Below are positions 10,994 through 23,002 of a stretch of 64,000 nt of DNA, in pieces; the first letter of the stretch is position 1, and the number at the start of each line of letters is the position of its first letter. The DNA comes from Antechinus flavipes (lineage: Eukaryota), in contig NC_067404.1 in the NCBI RefSeq assembly GCF_016432865.1, forward strand, positions 54,002,001-54,066,000. The letters run 5' to 3'. The notes under the pieces are model-generated. The model made no database searches. It had not been told where the DNA came from and saw only the letters and a list, made by a program, of their open reading frames with translations. Made by a program: the position numbers and the translations under genes.

Positions 10994-13900
10994 GACTTAA
11001 TAAATTATTGTTGAATGAACAGAAGAGAAATTACTTTCTCAAAGTAACTTGTTCAAAAGACTGTTTCTTAACCATTTTGAGCCCCTGATGCTCATCTAAG
11101 AACAAATGACCTATCCACATTGGTGAGGAATGAAAGGAGGAAACTGGGGTTCACATAGGGTAAATGATTCCTCCAAAGCCAAACAGCTAAGAAAAGATAG
11201 AGGCTGGATTCAAATCCTAGGTCTCAAAAGCAGAGCCCTTTCCTACACTGTATCTCTGCTTTTGAAGAGGTACGGTATGCTACAGAGAGGATTACATTCG
11301 GAATCAGAGAGACATGGGCTCAAGTCCTGCCCGGTCACATGCTTGTTTGATCTAGAGCAAAATTACTTCAGGCTGAGCCTCAGTTTCCTCCTCTGTCAAA
11401 TAAGCGGGTTAGAGTAGCTGGCTTCTGACATCCTTCTAATTCTATGATACTGTATGTGACCTTAGGGAAACCACCTCCTTTTCCTGGGCCTCAGTTTCCC
11501 CCTCTGTCAAATAAGGAGGTTAGAGTAGCTGGCCTCTGACTCTAATTCGAAGATCCTATATGTGACCTTAAGCTGGGCCTCAGTTTCCCCTTCTGTCGAA
11601 TAAAGGGGTTGGATTAGATGGCCGCTAGGGTCCTTTCTACCTCTAAACCAAGGGGCCCGTATTCTTCAACCCACATATACACCAGAGTAAGATATCAACT
11701 ATGTTACTAAGTTACTATATTTTATATTAATATATTATAATGTCTCTAACAAATGCTTGGGGATTCAAGGCGTCCATTCGTTTAACTATGGGAACAACCC
11801 CAAAACCGAAAGAAGGCAGGGAAAGGAGTGTCAAGTTATCCCACCTTCTCTTCCTTCTCCTTGGACATCCGTCCATCCACCTGAGGATGCTAATTGCTGA
11901 GGAGGGCAATCTCTCTTTCTCTACCTTCGTGGAGCCAAACCATTGAGACGGGTGAAAAGGATGCTACATTTGACCTCACAAGACCCAGATTGAAATCGAG
12001 CCAGTGACTACGGACTCTCTGAACCTCGGTTTTCTTCTCTCTAGAAGGAGAATAATAATGCGAGCCACCTACCTGGAAGGGGAGGGGGAGATTGGTGAGG
12101 AAGAAAGTCCTTTGGTAAATGGAACTTGTGGTGATTATTAACACGTCTTTAGCATTGAGTTCTAAGAAGAGTGTTTGGAGTCCAGTAGTCTAGAAGATCA
12201 AGGGCCTCAGTGTTGGTCTGCCAGGGCTCCACCCCTTGGGAGGAGAACAGAAAGTCCAGTCAGCCCTTCTGCCTCTCCCCATCGCGGTTTCAATACAGCA
12301 CGATATGGAATCAGCATAAGAAATTAAATGGGAGCTTGGGGGAGTTTTCCGGAAGCGTCACACCACCACATAGAGCCTTATGTCCAAATACTTCACTCAG
12401 ATTTTACCACAAGACACCACAAACACCCCATAAAGCAAAAGAAAATATTCCGATTTCTTCCCTGATACAAAGGGAGAGCCAAAACATTTGGGGCAAATTG
12501 CCCAGATGGAGGCGGCGTCCCTCTGACCAGCCTGTGCCCTCCTCCCCACCTCCCACCTTGTGGAAGGGATAACTGTATTCCTTAGATCAAGGCAAGATGA
12601 AAGGATGAGGTCGATTCTGCGTCTTTTCGAATTGATCCTGTTTCTAATTGATTTTTTGTCCTATCACGGGCCTGAGTCTGGCTTTTTGTCTCTGAACTTA
12701 GTATAAAACTCAGCTGAACTGTCATGAGGTAAGTTCAGAGATCCAGTTTTCCCATTAATCAGTCCCCAAAACTATAAAAGGGAGCTGCCCCCCTCATTTG
12801 GGGTCTTAGTTTTGCTGAGATCTTTTATTGGTAAGTTAATACTTTACTAATAAATTGACCTGAGTTCAAATCTGGTCTCGGACACTTAATGCTTCCTAGC
12901 TGTGTGACCCTGGGCAAGTCACTTAACCCCAAGCACCTCAGCAAAAAAGAAAAAGAAAAGTTCAGTGGGCCCCCAATTTCTTTCAGTTTCACAGAGATAA
13001 CTCATATCATTTTTTGGACTGGAGGAGGGACCAGACCTGAGATTTCATTGATGTAGGGAACAATTTCCAGTGTGGAAATTACCTTCACGAATGCTAGTAG
13101 GCAGTTTTTCTGTAAGCAACGGTCCTAAAAGCTATCTCAGGCGCTGGAAGGTTAATTGACTTGCCTACTGCCAGAGTTTCACACGAAGACATTATGGGCC
13201 CGACCTGTGACGCGAGGGGGCCTTCTTTACTTTGTTTGGAAGCATGAGCGAAAACAAACGTCAGCAGGTTCTGCTGCGAACCCAAATTGGAGACAGAAAG
13301 GATGGGGGGCAGCTCCCTTGATTTTCCATCTGGTTTCAAAATTCCCATTTCTCCCATCATGGCTGGAAATAACTTGGTCTAATGGTAAAAGCACAGGCCT
13401 GGAAGTCGGTCATCTTAAGTTCCAAATTGGGGTCTGCCACTGGACCACCCAGAAACCCCTTTCTGTTGCCTCGCTTTGTCTGTAATTTGAATGGGGGCAA
13501 CGGGGAATCTCTGTGCCCATAGGCCATATTGAATAGCTCTCTCAAATAGCAAATCCTACAGAAAGCCCAGAGATCTTGTCGTAGGTTTATCACGCTATAT
13601 CAACATTAAATTTTGGGAAACGAGAAAAATTGCACAAGGAAACATGTCACGAAAAGGGCGTGGAACTTGGGACGGAGAAAACTCAGTGCTATCCCTCCCT
13701 ATATGACTTCAGACAAGTCCCCTTTACTCTCTGTGACCCAGTGGACCTACTTCCCAGGAGGTACAGAGGCAGTGTGGTATCACGGAATGAGCACTGAATT
13801 TAAGAGGCGAAAGACCCGAGTTTGAATCCTGACTTTACTACTTCCTAGTTGTGTGACCTTGTGAGCATATCCATTCCTCACCGTGGGCCTCAGTTTCCCT

Positions 13901-14072
13901 CTCTGTAAAATAAGGGGATTCGACGACAAGTTCTTAACCTTTTTTGTGTCCTGGACGGGCAACAGAGCCCTTCTCATAACTATGTTTCCAAAGGTATAAA
14001 TTACAGAGAATAAAAAAAGCCAATTAAGCCTGAAATCTAGCCAGCAAAAACATTTTAAAAAGCAGTTCCTGT

Positions 14073-14272
14073 ATGGACATGTATACATATATTGGATTTA
14101 ACTTCTACTTTAACATATTTAACATGTATTGGACTACCTGCCATCTGGGGGGAGGAGTGGGGGGAAGGAGGGGAAAAGTTGGAACAAAAGGTTTGGCAAT
14201 TTTCAATGCTGAAAAATTACCCATGCATATGTTCTGTCAATAAAAAGCTATAATATAAAAAACTTGAATAAA
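14073..14272 (+). mobile_element. Marsupial L1 3' terminal fragment
   Basis: atggacatgtatacatatatt...caatgctgaaaaattacccatgcatat...aataaaaagctataat plus A-rich tail. Confidence 0.8.
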
Positions 14273-15984
14273 AATAAATTTTAAAAAACCGTTCCTGGAC
14301 CCTAGTTTCAGAACTCTGGGACTAGCAAATGTCTCTGGTTCCCTCAGGCCCTGCTAGTCTGAGTCTTCGAAAGAGTGGTTGAGAGGTAATCAAAGGCAAA
14401 GGGCCCCGAGTGCCAAGTACACTCCAGGCTCTTTGTTGCATTCTGGCCTGCTCTGGCCACGCTAGAGGGAATCCAGGAGGGACGCTTTTGAAAAACTTAG
14501 GGATAATGTTGTAAAGAAATTTTTTTCTAAATTAAAAAAAATAAATTTAAAATACATTTAAAAATATATTAAATATATCAAAAAAAAAAGAAAAGAAAAA
14601 TAAAGTGGAAAAGTTTGCTTCCAAAACAAAAAAAAAACTTACAATCCAGTCCAAGACCTCTTTGAGTGCCCTAGGGAGTGATGGGCCAACGGCATCTTTC
14701 AGTCCCTTCAAAACTGACTTCAGCTCTTTGATGGCAGGTTTCTTGCTGATCTTTTATCACATACTTAGGAAATTTCTCCCTGGAACACTAAGAAGAGGTG
14801 AGAAGTAGTCCCTGAGCTTATGAGCACTGGAGATTTTTAACCGTAAACGGTCACTGTCAACCACCAAAAACTCAGTCATGCCATCTCTTCTGAAGAAGGG
14901 ATGAGAAAAGGCACCTCCTTCCCTTCTTTGAAGAGATGTTGTATGGGTAGGTAGGTGGGGGTGGGGTCTACTGGTGTGGAATGGCGCATACACCATCACA
15001 GGTAGCCGGTCATAGATGAGTTGTATGGAACAGTTTTATTTTTCTCTTTCTTTTTCATTTGTTGTCGCAAGGGATGCTCTCTAGGGGAAGGACAGAAAAA
15101 GGGACAGGCTCAAAAATTACAAGGCTAGGGACTGGACCTGAGATTTCATGATTATAGGGGACTCCTAGGTGAGGAAAGTCCTTCTATCAATGCAGGTAGG
15201 CACCTTCTCTGCAACTTCCTGTTCTAGCTGCTTAGAATATTGAGAGATAAGGTGACTCAACCAGAGTCACAGAGCCAGGAGAGGTGAGTCGGAACTCGAA
15301 CCCAGGACTTCCTGACTTCTAGGCTATACCACTATACCACACTGCCTCTCACATTCAGGGACGAATTTGGTGACAAACTGAGGAAAGGAAACCTTTTTTC
15401 AGATACATATACACAGATAAAAAAATAACAAAATGATTATTAAAAACAAATAAATGAGAATCAAATAGGAATCCGTTGGTGGTTAGTTGTGTGGGACTCT
15501 TCATAATCCCATTCAGGGTTTTCCTGGCAGAGATTCTGGAGCGGTTTGCCATTTTCTTCTCTGCTCATTTTCCAGAGGAGGAAACTGAGGCAGAGTGAAA
15601 TGACTTGCCAGGGTCACACAACTTGTAAGTGCCTGAGGCTGGATTGTAACTCAGGTCCTCCTGACTCCAGGCTTGGCACTCTATCTATTGAGCCAACTGG
15701 CTGCCCTCACAACGCCTATTATGTTTTATGATCCATAAGCTCCCACTTGTGTGCAGATACGGAGGGATCCAAGGGCCAAGCACCCTCTGGGCAATTTCCT
15801 ACACTGTGGCCTGCTCTGGCCGTGCTGGAGCCATACTGGGTAAAAGTATCGGGGAGGGATACTTTTCTGTATCCCTCTTAGGTACAATTAAAAAAAAGTT
15901 CCCACCCTACCGGGAGGCTCTTTGTAAGCCTTTTTACCACGGAGGAGAGATCCAGAAACAAGAGTAACAAGGAAGAAAGCTTGC

Positions 15985-16262
15985 AATATAAGTAATAGAT
16001 GAGTATAAATATTTATATATAGAATTCATATAATTATTATATGTTAATTAAATTATATAAATAGAATATAATGATAAATATAATAAAAGTATAAAGTAAT
16101 AAATATAAATAAATCAATATAATATATAATAATATACTATATTAGTGTATTGTAATTGATATTATAATATAATATTTATACTATAATTATAGTATATATT
16201 GTGATAATATAGTATAATAATTCATAGATATTTATATATATATATATATACATATATATATT
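15985..16262. repeat. AT-rich low-complexity / (TA)n tract
   Basis: Almost entirely A/T, ending in a (TA)n run. Confidence 0.9.
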
Positions 16263-18986
16263 ACTCCGATGAATATATGAGTAATGGAAAAATAGGTTGG
16301 CTGCACTATCCAGATGCCTCAAGCTGTCTTTGTATCAAATTGTATATTAATAAAGTTTTTAAAATAAGTAAAATGAATAAAGATTTTGAACCAGAGTATC
16401 CCTGGGATGGACTTGCATGACTGGAAAGTGAATGGTGGTCCAAAAGAAGCACAGCTGCTAGAGAGAACCTGAGTAGGGACTGGGCTGACACGGAAGACTT
16501 TTTGTTCTGGGGTACTGAGGTAGGAGGGGCCACTTCCTCTTCACAAAATAGGGAAGGGTGACTTGATGCTATTGACGGGTCAGTGCCAGAAAAGGGAGCA
16601 AGGAAGGATGGGAACAGCTAGAGATGTAGAACGCTTGAAGAGCAAGGATAGCTCCCAGCATGCCCCAGCATCCAAGGGATGGGGATTGGAAGGGGATGCT
16701 GCCAGCCTTGGACTACTTTTCACCCTGGAGAACCCTTTGGGGGCCTCTTGTTATGGTGTGGCACAGGAACGGAGGGACCCATTTCTCCTCCTGTTCAAAT
16801 ATAGGGAGAGGAGGAGTTTAGCTCCCAGGAAACCATGGGGCAAGTGGCAAGCTGCTTCCCCAGGCTGTGACGCGACCATCTCCCCTCCGGGAATTTGTCC
16901 CAAACACGAGAATTCTGTCTCTGGGAGAGGGAGCAAAACGATCCCAAAAGTAGAGGAGGGAGGCACACGTGTAAGCAGCCCGAAAAAGTGTCTCACTATG
17001 GCCACATGGGGATCCCCCAGGGTGATAGGTGCCTGATTTCCTGACCTCCATCCTTTAAAGTATGTTTTCAGGACTAAGCATCATGTCTAACCTTTTAAGG
17101 CAGTGTGGTACAATGGGTGGCTCTAAACTAGGACTAACAGCTCGGATCGATAGAGTGTTTTCAGGTTTACAAAGCATTTTACAAATATTATCTAATTCGC
17201 TCATTCAGTAATCCTGGGAGATAAGAAGTATTGTTCGGGGTTTTCTTGGCTAAGATAATAGTGTGGATGGCCATTTCCTTTTCCGGTGGATTAAGGCAAA
17301 CAGAGGTTAAATGATGTGCCCAGGCTCACGCATCTAGGAAGTAGCTAAAGTTGGATTTTGACTAAAGTCTTCCTTCCCCAAGTCCAGTGAGCTCTCCATT
17401 GCCCGCCTCTGTCACTGCCCCAACACCCCCTTTCTGCTGGGAATCCCCTGAGTTCAAGTCCTATCTCTGATATCTACTGGCTGTGAGATCTTAGGTAAGT
17501 CACTTAACCTTTTGGCCGTAGGCAGATGTCGCAGAGAAGGAACGTTGGTCCAAGGATTTTCCTCACCTGACGTTTCCTTTACAAGGAAATGTTTCCCCAT
17601 CCCTATCCCCATATCTGTGCACATTTGTGTCGTGTGCACTCCCAAGGCACAGGGGCCGTTAGTGCTGAGCACGTAGTGGGTGCTTAACTGCTTATCCAAT
17701 GGGTGATTTGTTGAACAACGGAATGGACGGCACAGATCACAAACTGGTGCAGAAATAAGCCAAGTCTGTGAGGGGGAAGCTGGAGAGCTTTCCATGAAGA
17801 ACAACTGAACCAACTGGAGAAGTGCCAACAACTTCATTTTTCAAAAGGAGGAAGGAGTGAAAGAATTCTGACCCAGGAGTCCCAGAACTCGAGTTAAAAT
17901 CCCAGCTCCTCCGGTTACTATCTCGCTGACAAATCCCTTCTCTTCCCCATACCTCGGTTTCCCCATTTGTAAAATGAAGGGGTTGGACTAAGTGGCCTCT
18001 GAGGTCCCTTCCAGTTCTAGTTCTAGGGATCTTGATCAAGTCCCTTTCCTTTTCTGAGCCTCAGTTTCTTCATCTGTAAAGTGAACAAAGTCTGACTGTA
18101 TGGTTTCCATCATCCTTCCCAATTCTAGATCTAGGGTCAGTGTGACCCTGATCAAGTCCTTCTTCTCCCTGGGCCTATTTCTTCTGCAAAATGAGGGATG
18201 TTGGACCAGATGCTCTTGGAGTCCCTCTGAGACTCCTGCGCTACACCTAATGCTGACCAATGAGGGGGAGCTAGATGGTGAGCAAGAGTGTCAGGAACCT
18301 TGGGAGAACGTCACCTCAGAGCTGGGAGGAATCGTGGCAGCAAATGTTGGGCCCAATCGGACATGAATCCTAACTGTGAGACCAGTGGATGTCAGAGTTC
18401 CAAAAAGGACCCGATCCTTTGTCCTGAGTCTCGAAAAGGGAAATTGGCTCCAAAAAATTTGAAATTCTGATAATATAATTGCAAGTAAGGGACACAGCAA
18501 GCTATAAGGGCAAGAGAACTAATTTTTGGAGTCAGAGAATCGGGGTTTAAATCCCAGCTCCATCCGGGACCACCCATGTCACCCAGAGCAAGTCATTTGG
18601 CCGCCTGGGGCCTCAGTTTCCTCATCTGTAAAATGGAGTCAGATGACCCTTAGAGTCCCATATAGTTCTGTGGTTCTTTGGGGGAAAAGAGGAGAATTGC
18701 GTTTTTAAAAAAACCCAATATGTCTGCCTAGATAAGTCAGATAAGCTCAGAAGATTGAAGGAGGGGCTTAATACTAGGATCAATAGTAAAGCAGAGCATG
18801 GACCCATTTTTAAGAATAGTTGGGCTGTCGGTCCCAAATGAACTAAGGCTTGGGAAAGGGACCGAGAGCCACACAAAAGTGGGCCAGGAGTCGGGCTAAC
18901 AGATGATGAATGGAACAGGACCAAGTTGCTTCTCTGTCAAAGGCCAGGATGGGTGGGACCTTGGAACAAGGCTGGGGGAGCGGAAA

Positions 18987-19538
18987 CCTGAGCCACAGTT
19001 GGGGGGGGGAAGATCTCTGAGATCACTCCAGAGTAATCCACTCAAGCCCCATTGGAAGCCTGAGCCACAGTGGGGGGGGGAGATCTCTGAGATCACACCA
19101 GAGTGATCCACTCAAGCCCCATTGGAAGCCTGAGCCACAGTGGGGGGGGGGAGATCTCTGAGATCACTCCAGAGTGATCCACTCAAGCCCCATTGGAAGC
19201 CTGAGGCACAGTGGGGGGGGAGATCTCTGAGATCACTCCAGAGTAATCCACTCAAGCCCCATTGGAAGCCTGAGGCACAGTGGGGGGGGGAGATCTCTGA
19301 GATCACTCCAGAGTAATCCACTCAAGCCCCATTGGAAGCCTGAGCCACAGTGGGGGGGGGGGATCTCTGAGATCACTCCAGAGTGATCCACTCAAGCCCC
19401 ATTGGAAGCCTGAGGCACAGTGGGGGGGGGAGATCTCTGAGATCACTCCAGAGTGATCCACTTAAGCCCCGTTGGAAGCCTGAGGCACAGTGGGGGGGAG
19501 ATCTCTGAGATCACTCCAGAATGATCCACTCAAGCCCC
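18987..19538. repeat. ~70-bp VNTR, 8 copies
   Basis: Unit cctgag(c/g)cacagt-G-run-agatctctgagatcactccagagt(a/g)atccactcaagccccattggaag; starts at 18987, 19059, 19129, 19200, 19269, 19339, 19409 and 19479. Confidence 0.95.
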
Positions 19539-21829
19539 AGCTCCCCAGCCAAACCCTCCCCAAACGGGAGCCAGGTTGTGGAGTGTGTGGCTAATAATGA
19601 ATGATTTTGATCATGGGGAACTGTGTGTACATAGGATCTGCAGTGTTCAGAGATGGAGCTGGGAGGAGGGGGGGAGCGGGGGGGGCAGGGGGCCTAAGGA
19701 CAGACGACGTCACCTTTTTGTTTAACACCCATGTTGTTTAACAAATAAAATGTTAGTGATCTTGTTTATACACTATGGCCGTTACCCAATGGATCCTTCC
19801 CCTTCGGAAATGTCCGTCCCTTATGACAAAGAACAAACAAAATTCAATACATTTAAAAAGGTCCGCCATTTACATTAGTTTTACAATCCATAGTCTCCCC
19901 ACTTTCTCCAAGGAACAGGGGAAGGCATTTTCTCCTATCTCTCCTGGGGGAGTTAGCCATTTTTCAATTCCCCCCCTCCAGTCGAACTCCCCCCATCCAA
20001 ATGATTCCTGAACCCTCTTTTCCTCCCCTTCCTCTTCATCCCCCACCACCTCCTCTCCATCCACACCCTTCCTAAACCTCTTTCCCCCCTCCCCTCCTCT
20101 TCACTTCCCAACAGAGCCCAAGGAGGTCAATAAAAGAGGGAACGGTTAGAAAGGCAGGCCGCCAGAGGCCACCCCGCGTGGTGAGAAAGTTCAGGCCAGG
20201 CCCTGCCTACCTGGCTAAGTAGTTCCTTGGCTGGAAACCCTTTTCTGCTGGACAGCTACAGCTGTTGGGGCTCCTTCAAGTTAATTCCCCAGCTGTTACA
20301 CTGGGCTCCTAGATGGAATGTTTGCAAGCAATGGTCGTCCCGGCAACGTCACTGCCAGCCAATGGGGGAAGACCTCAACATTCTTTCTGGTTTCTCTTCT
20401 GTACAGAAACAAGGGGGCCCAGTCAGAACATATCTTGTGGCTGTTTTTTAATTTTTTAAACTTGCCTGGGATACGTGGAGCCTACTTCTGCCCCCCCGAG
20501 CGGGGGGCATGGGGGACGGCCTGGACAAGGCAGTGGAATGGAGGGCAAGAGAAAGCCAGTTGGGGGTCTGGGTTCTCCCTTTGTCACCTGCGTTGCTTGG
20601 ATAGCTCTCTTGCATCCTAGGGCCTCAGTTTCCCATCTGTGTTAGATTAGATGATCTCTAACTCACTCATCACCACTTACCGAGTAGTTATAAAGTTCAT
20701 TAGCTAATCACAAGAATCCTGATGTCCAAACCCAGGGGGACAAGATGTCTTGACATGATTTGGAGTCCCCCACCTAATGTTTGTAACTCTGGACCATCTT
20801 CTTTTGCCCAAAACTGGGAAAGGCCCATCTTATTACCACTTAGTCAGCGGAGATGACCCTTGCCTTGCCCATCCTGTGACTCCCCCCCCCCCCACTCTGA
20901 TGTGTCATTTCTTGCCCTCCTGGGGAGTCAAAAGCAAGGTCCATCATCCAATGAGACTCTATTTTACTTTGGCTCTTCTGAGCGTCTGGGTAGCGAGCCC
21001 AATAAAAGTAAGGCCCTGGAGAAAGGGGACATTTCCAATTATAAGGAAGATCTGAGGTCCTGTTCATTGAAGGGGTCCGGTCCCTTTTGGAAATTGTTAA
21101 TGGCTTGGACGCCTGCCTCAGTGGTTGGTTTTCTTGCAGATTGGCTAATTTTGGACCCCACATAGAGAAGGGCAGAATAGAGTGGGATAAGAACACAGCA
21201 AAAATCGTGGAGTTGACGTTGAGAGCAGGAGCGGGGCCACGGAAGGGAGCTCTGGCCCAGTCAGTGGGCCTCTAAATCCCAGGGACCCTCAGTGGAGCCA
21301 TGCCTTAGTAGCATTGGCAATGTTGATTTGATTATCGATCTTTGAGACAGAAACGGAGAGAAAAGAGGAAAGAGATGAGCAGCTGATGAGTTCTGGGTCT
21401 GCCTGATGTCAAGGTGGGTATTGGAGGTGTGATCTGTCCAAAGTTAAGGAAGGGATTATTAGAATCCTATGGCCTGCCTGTTAAAGAGATATCACATTGG
21501 AGGTGCTTAGCCTTTTATCCTCAACTTGGTCAGCTAGCTCTGACCCAGAGTTCACTCAAATGTTGACAAAATCCTTCTGGGAAAACAGGAGAAGCTGGAA
21601 AGGCCCTACGTCCTGCCCGATGTGGGAGGCAGCACTCCAGGGGGCAACTGGTCCAAAGTCACTTATTCCATAGGAAATGTGTCAGAGGAAGGATTTAGAC
21701 GCAGAGCCTCTTTCTCCACAATCAGTGTTCCACTTACCCTGCTATAGTGGCTAACTCGAGAGAAATTACAGCCGAAGCCAGAAAGGGGACCATGGGGATT
21801 GGATTCTGGATCTTCGTTGTTGTTGTTGT

Positions 21830-22075
21830 TCACTTACCTTTTTTTTCTTTCTCATTTTTATTTTGTTTGTTTGCTCTGATTTTTCTTGTGCAACATGATG
21901 TGAAAATATGTTTAGAAGAATTGCACATGTTTAACCTATATCGGACTGCTTGCTGACTTGGCGGGGTGGAAGAGGGAGAAAATTTTGGATCACAATTTGC
22001 AGAGGTGAATGTTGAAAACTATTTTTGCATGTATTGGGAAAAACAAAATATTTTTTAAAATTTTAAATGCGGTTA
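21830..22075 (+). mobile_element. L1 3' UTR fragment
   Basis: tctgatttttcttgtgcaacatga...aatatgtttagaagaattgcacatgtttaacctatat...aatgttgaaaacta. Confidence 0.75.
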
Positions 22076-22814
22076 TCAAGAAAGACAATGTCCATAAAGT
22101 ACTTTGTAAATAAAAATGGCAGTTATTATAACTAGTCAGCTTCTCCTCATCCACCTTCAGGGCTTTACACATAATAGGACCACAAGATTTGGAACTAAGA
22201 CTTTCACATACAACTCTTTGGATGAAGAAACTGAGACGCACAGTTTTTTGGTCTTCCATCCATAAAATGAGGATGGATTTGGATAGGACAATTTTATTAC
22301 TACATGGTTAAATGTTTTAGGTAAGGTGGGCTGATCTATAGAGAACAGGCCTAGATATCATGAGCAAGCCTTGTTCATATGGCTTTGGGCTCAAGTTCTG
22401 TAAAATGGAAAATTGCCCCATATATTTGACAAGGACATCTGTCTAGAAGCAATATGGCCAAATGGATTTGACCCTTGGCCCTGACCCTTACTGCCAGGCC
22501 CTGTGTCATTTCCCCTCTATGTGGTTTGGCTTTCTCCTCTATAAAACTGCATTAACACATGAGAGTTGTTGCGAAAAGTGTCTTAAGTTTACCACGCTTT
22601 TGAGAAAATGATTGCACTTGCTGGATCAGTTTCACCTACAGTCCCCCTTTTTCTGCTCTTCTTTGTATATTGAAATGGTCATGTTTGTAGATGTTTTTAT
22701 CATAATCGTCTGAATTTAATGCTATGATAGCATCATTTTCTTTTTTTTCCAGTATCAAATCTATATTTAATAGAAAGCACCCAAAGTATTTCCTATTACA
22801 TATTTCTTTATAGT

Positions 22815-23002
22815 TTTTTACTTACAAGATATATGCATGGGTAATTTTTCAGCATTGACAATTGCAAAACCTTTTGTTCCCATTTTTCCCCTCCTTCCCC
22901 CCCACCCCCTCCCCCAGATGGCAGGTTGACCAATACATGTGAAATATGTTAAGGTATAAGTTAAATACAATATATGTATACATGTCCAAACGATTATTTT
23001 GG
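22815..23002 (-). mobile_element. Marsupial L1 3' terminal fragment (antisense)
   Basis: Reverse-complement counterpart of the element at 14073 (gcatgggtaatttttcagcattgacaattgc...tatgtatacatgtcc). Confidence 0.8.

Larger units (their letters stand above)
8780..11020 (+). mobile_element. Fragmented L2 LINE sequence interrupted by a solo LTR, an L1 end and two WSINE1
   Basis: L2-like RT fragments (ggccttttctcaaccctcattcttcttgac, cattttcctaaagtg...ctcaataaacctaagtggctccctatt) and an L2 tail (taataaattattgttgaatgaa). Confidence 0.6.

Noticed and set aside
16563-17036. 157-aa plus-strand ORF
   Set aside because: No recognisable domain, no supporting exon structure, and comparable ORFs on the opposite strand. 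Treated as chance.
17454-17837. 127-aa ORF with a signal-peptide-like start (MKLLALLQLV...)
   Set aside because: Most of it runs through L2-tail-like and CORE-SINE sequence, with no supporting promoter or splice evidence.
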